The notes under the pieces were generated by a model that was not told the origin of the DNA, did not search any database, and worked only from the letters and a program-made list of their open reading frames with translations. The position numbers were made by a program, and so were the translations under genes. From Vicugna vicugna (Eukaryota), in contig MU057999.1 of NCBI GenBank assembly GCA_013265495.1, positions 682,001-746,000 on the forward strand: DNA of 64,000 nucleotides. Reading direction: 5' to 3'. This document shows, piece by piece, positions 58,560-64,000 of this stretch. Within the stretch, counting starts at the first letter, position 1, and each line of letters begins with the position of its first letter.

Positions 58560-59110
58560 ATAAACTAGCTTTAGCAAGAAGATTGCATCCATAAAGGTGG
58601 ATGAGAGTGAAAATTAAAGACTTGCCAATGCTTTGCAACACTTACAATTCTTTCCATGACTTTCCATTTCTTTTTCACTAATCTGATTCCAGTCTCAGGA
58701 TTTTGTGGTAATTCTCATCCTAACCTGATCTCAGAATTTAATCGTCCCCTTGTGATTTGAAGGGATCGGACTAGTTTGTTATCAAACAGCATTCAAAATG
58801 CTGTTTCTTTTCCCCCTTCCCAGCCTCAGTCATTGGTTAACTGTAACGTAATTGCTGAGGGGTGACAGAATTCACCTTCTCACCCACGGGGTCTTTGCCA
58901 TTTTCTTTCTTAGCTCCCACTGTCCTGTTGTCAAGCGGCAAAGGAAAACTATAAATAGTTAATGGTATCATCAGGCCCACTCCTGAGTTCTCCTCTTGTC
59001 TGTTTTGTCTTAATCACAAGTACAAGGGCTAATTAGCTTCCAAGTCTTTCAAAGTTACAGATTGTGTGGATGCTAATTTGGAAAACAATGAGAAGATTTA
59101 CATACCAAAC
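58560..59110. promoter_or_regulatory. Candidate enhancer / conserved non-coding element
   Basis: Unique AT-richer island with MEF2-type CTATAAATAG (58949), GCTAATTAGC (59028), TGACAG and several TAAT motifs. Confidence 0.4.
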
Positions 59111-62100
59111 ATTTTCCTCTTGACTCCCTTAGCAACCATCCCCAAACTTGAGTCGAAATTATCAACCCATGTTGGCCAGAAGGCAATTGTAGGAATACAT
59201 TTGGACAGATGCTAACAAGAGTCACCCACATCCTGGCTTCCATTCCTGGGCCCTGAGCCTCCCAGCTGGGTCAGGTCCTGAAGGCAGGGCAGCCCAGCCT
59301 CCTGCTTCCACACCATCAACTCTGCTGGCTTCCTGAGTCCAGCCAAGACAGGTTTTACTGTCCTTTCTCCAGGCTGAGTGAGGCAGGCCGACTGAAGGAC
59401 TAGCCGAGACCCATCCATGCCCATCTCCCCCCTCACGAGGCACCAGATCGAGGAGACCTCATTTTCTCTTCCAGTTCTTGGCCACTGACACTTGAGAAAT
59501 AGCCAGAATATTCTTCAAGCCATGTGCACTCTGGATCCCTGACTTAGGGGGGTCCATCTCAGGGAGGAGGTATTTACAAATGTGCTGATTGGGTCAAGTT
59601 ACAGACATCTCCATGGGGAAAGGGATCCAGCCATCCAGGGCGGTGGGTGGAAGCAGAGGTGGGTGCACGGAGTGGAGGCATCCTGGCTGGGCCTGTCTGA
59701 GACGTGAGTCTTGGTTGCCTGTTGCCTCTCCCCCAGAGGCGGGGCGGGCATTGTGCTCTTTCGGTGCCAGGAGAGGAGGTGGATGGGAGAAACCTGACCC
59801 TTGAATGCCAGATGCCCGGTGCAGCTGATGCACGGCTGGGTCCTCTTGCCAGACTTGGCTGGCCTCCCTCTCTGTTCGGGGCAGCATTAAGAAGATTGAT
59901 TTCTGTTAGCCAGCCGTAATGGGAGGCAGTGATGGCTGTGAGGGAGACACTTGGCTTGTGGACCTCTTGTCTGGGTGCCAGTCGCTTCGGGGAGAGCACT
60001 TGACAGAGAGCCAGGCCAGGCTCCTCTTCAGCTTCTTGCCGATCTGCTTTCTCTCCTCCCATCCCCCTTTTCTCTTACCCTCCGCTTCTTCCCTCTGTCC
60101 CTTCCCACCATCTCCCTTGCAGTCTGGGAGCTGCTCCACGTGGAATGGGTTCAGAGCCACTCTTGGCTTTGCATGTGGGGTGCTTGCTCACCTTGATTCT
60201 CCCCATTGTGTCCCTGCCAAGGGTGCACGTGGGGTGTGGCCTCTGCAGCTTCCCGATGACATTCCCAGACCGCCCTCAGGCTCATGCACAGAGTGCAAGC
60301 GTTGCCGTGTGATGCTTGATCCCTCCCGAGAGGCATCAGAGAGCTGGGCCACCTCAGGAGCCAAAGGGTTGTTTCCAGCTCAACTGTGACTCAGTTGCAG
60401 CCCTCTTGGGTGATGAGGAGGGGATTTGGCTTCTGGTAAGTGGAGACAGGTATCCAGGCTGGTGTTACCAAGGCACTGTGGTGAATGATTCTCTCCTGGG
60501 AAGGGGTCCCCAGATTCCAAAGCATGGGTGGCAGCTGTGCCCAGAGCCCCCTGGCGCCCAGAAGCCTTTGCAGTGTGCTTGCCAGCCCCAGCCTCCCATC
60601 AGTGCATGAGTGCTCATAGGGATGGCAGGGCTGCCCAGAGTCAAAGGCTGGCCAGGTGCAGAGAAACCGTGCAGCTTTCTCATTCTCTTCCTCTATCCTG
60701 GCTGCAAGACATTGCTCCTGTCTGCTGCCACAGGTCTGGGGCCAAGGCCTTAGGAAAGACAGGAGCCTCAGCCTCCACGTCGATGGGCCATCTGGTGGGT
60801 TCCTCTCCTGCCAGCACCAGTCACCCTTGGAGTAGGCAGGGCCCTTTCCACATGACGTGGCTGGGAGCGACGTTTAGGGACCGTTCTCTTAGCCTGGGTG
60901 AATGGCATCCATAGATCCAAGTCCACTTTGAGCATTAAGTTCCCAGTGCTGCTGCTGTTAGCGGGTAGGGGAGGGAGAAGGGCGAAGTGCACCCTGCCAT
61001 GCTCCCCCTGGTCCGAGGCGAACCCCTCAGCATGCCACCTCCATGAACAAGACACGCAGAATCTTACCTCAGAGCAAACGGGGCTCTGCATGAATGCGCG
61101 CTGCCCGTCTTACCAGCCTCATGTTCTATGCTCTCGGCTACTGGCTCCTGACGAGGCTTCAGCTCCACTGCCCTGCCCTCTCCCTGACATTTCTGTCTCC
61201 TTCCCCTGATTGAGTGTCTTGTGCTCACAGCTGCCCTCCCCGGTGGCGCTGGGGGAAGCACGCTCCTCATCCCACCAGTCATCACCCTCTGTGTGCAGTG
61301 TTTTACTTTGGTTTCCGGCTGGTGTCCTCTGAGATGATATTATTGCATTTGCTTCGTCCTTAGAGGGGAAGGTCTGTCTCTTATGTAATTTTACATCCAC
61401 TAGGACAGGGACTTTCTGACCTGTCATTGATTCCCCAGCACCCACCATGTGGCTGCGTTGGTTTGCAAACTGACCCCAGTACAGGGAGGGTAACTCATTG
61501 CTTTTGCAAGGCTGCGTCCTCAAAACGGTTCCTAGTGTGGGACAGTGGGCAGAACATACATTCCGAGGATGGGGGTAAGGATGACGAGCCTCTGAGTGCC
61601 GGGGTCAGCTCAGGGATCAGCTGGTGGGCACATCCTCCCGGGGACCTCCTCCAACAGGCTGATGTCGGCGTGCTCGCCTCCACTCTTGTTCTCCCCCACG
61701 GGCTCCCTGGGAGACGCTGGTACCCGCGTTCCTGCTCCTTCCCTTGTGCTAAGTCACGTCGCCAAGAAACGACACAAACAATGTACTCTCCAATTCAGCA
61801 CACAAACTCAAAACTTAACTTCGCTCCAGGCAGTGTGATAGCATACTAATGTAATCCACAAGTACCTTGTCAGGAGAGCGAGTCCTGTAAAATGAATGAC
61901 ACTTTTATTCCACCGAACCCCCTGATGGGCTCTTGTCCACATGGGTCGCCTAGAGCTGAGGCCACAGAGAGGGTCCCTGGGGTGGGGCAGCTGAAGAACT
62001 CTGAAGGAAAGGGACTTGCAATCTTATCTGAAGCTACCTGTATTTCTGCCAGGTTAATATCTCCCTCCCCACTGCTGAGTCCTCGGAGAAATCCACCTCA

Positions 62101-62611
62101 CACACACATGCTGTGTGAGAGCGGTGAGTGTGTGTCTGGGTCAGTTTGGTGCCCAGTGGCGATGTCGTGGAGGTCCAGGCATTGAACTCACGAAGCGGAG
62201 ACAAGCGAGGGGCTGGCACTGAAGGCGCTCCTGCCCTGATCACACTTCCTCGGCCCTGGGACGTCAGTCACGGTGGCCTGACTTCCAGCTGCCAGCACTG
62301 GGGCCCCAGGCCTTTCTCTGGGACCTTGGAAGGGCGGCCTGGCTGAACTCGAGCAGCTGGAAGTGCTGTGATGTCGAAGCACCCCCCCCCTTGGCAGCCG
62401 GAACCAATGTCTGTTGAGAAGTCGTGTATAAAGACCCCTGCTTCCCTGCCCCTTGGGTGTGTGTTCTACCCTGGTTTCCAGATTCCTCCGCAGTGTTACT
62501 CCCCGGCCCCCCGCGGTGGTGCTGGCTTGGCAACACGCCCTCACTGGTTGCTTCTCCTCCATTGCCTCACTTTCCCCCCTACCTCTCCAAGCTTCCTTCC
62601 CCTCCCATAGG

Positions 62612-62990
62612 AGTGAGGTCCCTGGAAGCAGAGCCTGAAGCAGGGTCTTGGTCAAGTGACTTGGCGGGGAAGAGGGAACAGAAGAGGAGAGAGGCTGCAA
62701 TGGGGCAGAGGATGGAGCTGAGCAGAGCTGTGGTCTGGGCTGGAGACTGGCTTCAGCCTGATCCCTTGGGGAGCACAGACTGTTCCACAGAGTTGGTCCC
62801 CTCTGGAGTCAAGGTCGCTAGACTTTTGAAGCTCCATTTCAGTTAGTTACTTCCTGAAGATTGCTCTGAGGGGTGGGAGTGGGTGAGTATGTCCCCCCCA
62901 CCCCACAGCTGAGGCAGTGCCCATTCGGCCAAAGGCAAAGTTCCAGAAAAGGACTCAGCTGTGAGCTGTTCACGGCCAGCGCTCACGGCT
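62612..62990 (-). mobile_element. ERVL LTR fragment (LTR33/LTR16-like)
   Basis: GGTCCCTGGAAGCAGAGCCTGA..CAGG...AAGTGA resembles a reversed LTR 3' end. Confidence 0.45.
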
Positions 62991-63629
62991 GGAGGATGGG
63001 CGCCCTGGCCAGTGGGGGCGGGGCGTCCAGCGCACCTCCACGCGGGCTTGTGTTCTGATCTGTCTCAGGGTCTGACTCTGGGGAACAGAGTGAGACACAG
63101 GTTTGCTTAGACCTCCAGGAGAATGGAGGCCTCAAATCTCTTGAGAGTATATTCAAGTTCCCATTTGTCTATTTGCTTCTGGAGGCTGCTTCGGATAACT
63201 GGTGGAGTTAATCAGACAGTGACCTCCTCGCTCTCCATCACTCATTCTGTGTGGAAAAGTACTTCTCATCCTGGAGAGACCTGGCCTCTCTTTTTCGGTT
63301 TCTTACTGTCATTCAGCTGTGGATGTGGGGCGTCTGCCTGCCTGAACCCCTCTTCTCTGAATCAGATCTACACAGTGAGCACTAACAGCTGAAATGGCAA
63401 AGATGTTAAATATTACTGACCTGACCAGTGTTTTACCTGCAAGTCCCCTCCCCTCCCGTGAGCCTGTGGTGTTACAGGACTGGGTCTCTGACTCGCCTCC
63501 CCTGTCTGGCAGCCCAGACCCTCTGGACACCCGGTACCTCGACCCACCTCCGTGTGACCTTGACACCCACCTAATCCCTGACAACCCCTGGCACCAGAGA
63601 GCCACATTCTGTTTCACACAGTTCCAGTC

Positions 63630-63775
63630 ATCAGCTGGCTAAGGTAGAAATAGAAGCTATATATTCCTTGAAAGATGGCATACATTTCAGTATATTTTAT
63701 ACCAAAAGTACATTTCAACTTGGACTAGCCACATATCAAGTGCTCAAGGGGTAACAGGTACCATACTGGAGAGTT
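63630..63775. mobile_element. MER3/MER33-like hAT-Charlie MITE fragment
   Basis: CATTTCAACTTGGACTAGCCACATATCAAGTGCTCAA...TACCATACTGGA. Confidence 0.65.
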
Positions 63776-64000
63776 TAATTCTAGAGTGTCTGGTGGTAAA
63801 GCCGGCTGTGTTGAAATGGCCTGACCGTGGTGTCTAGGCTGGACTAGGAGGCACATGGAGCCAGGAGGTCCTGACGTTCTTGATGGTGCGGGGCAGCTGG
63901 ACTGGGGCTGAGGACTGAGATTTATGATGAAGCTGAAGCGTAGTGATGAGTGAGGGAGGGGGTGGAGTGGTGTTGGAAGCCTGGGAGGTCCAGGTCCAAG

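Noticed and set aside
1..64000. Assignment to a named gene locus or a novel multi-gene system
   Set aside because: No exon or protein could be recognised; naming a locus would be a guess without alignment

Overview
This is repeat-rich eutherian mammal genomic DNA. It is most likely camelid (camel/alpaca lineage), inferred from five copies of a tRNA-derived SINE and several young L1 3' ends of a type I recognise from camelid genomes, and from the absence of Alu, B1/B2, BovA/BovB, PRE1 and Can-SINE elements. I find no supportable host protein-coding exon or RNA gene, so the window looks intergenic or deep-intronic. The only ORFs with recognisable protein similarity are decayed L1 ORF1/ORF2 pieces, plus a frameshifted hAT-transposase C-terminal remnant not shown in the ORF track. 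The rest is L1, L2, CR1/L3, MIR, MaLR/ERVL/ERV1 solo LTRs, hAT DNA-transposon fossils and simple repeats, with several non-repetitive motif-rich islands that may be enhancers (about 12.5, 19, 29-30.5, 43 and 58.6-59.1 kb). I see no evidence of a novel multi-gene system. The most notable observations are an inverted MER5A pair sharing non-consensus variants, a MER41-like LTR with clustered AP-1/STAT/kB-like sites and asymmetric CpG decay between its internal repeats, and the candidate conserved non-coding elements. Repeat family names come from recalled consensus sequences, boundaries are approximate, and both need RepeatMasker/Dfam confirmation.
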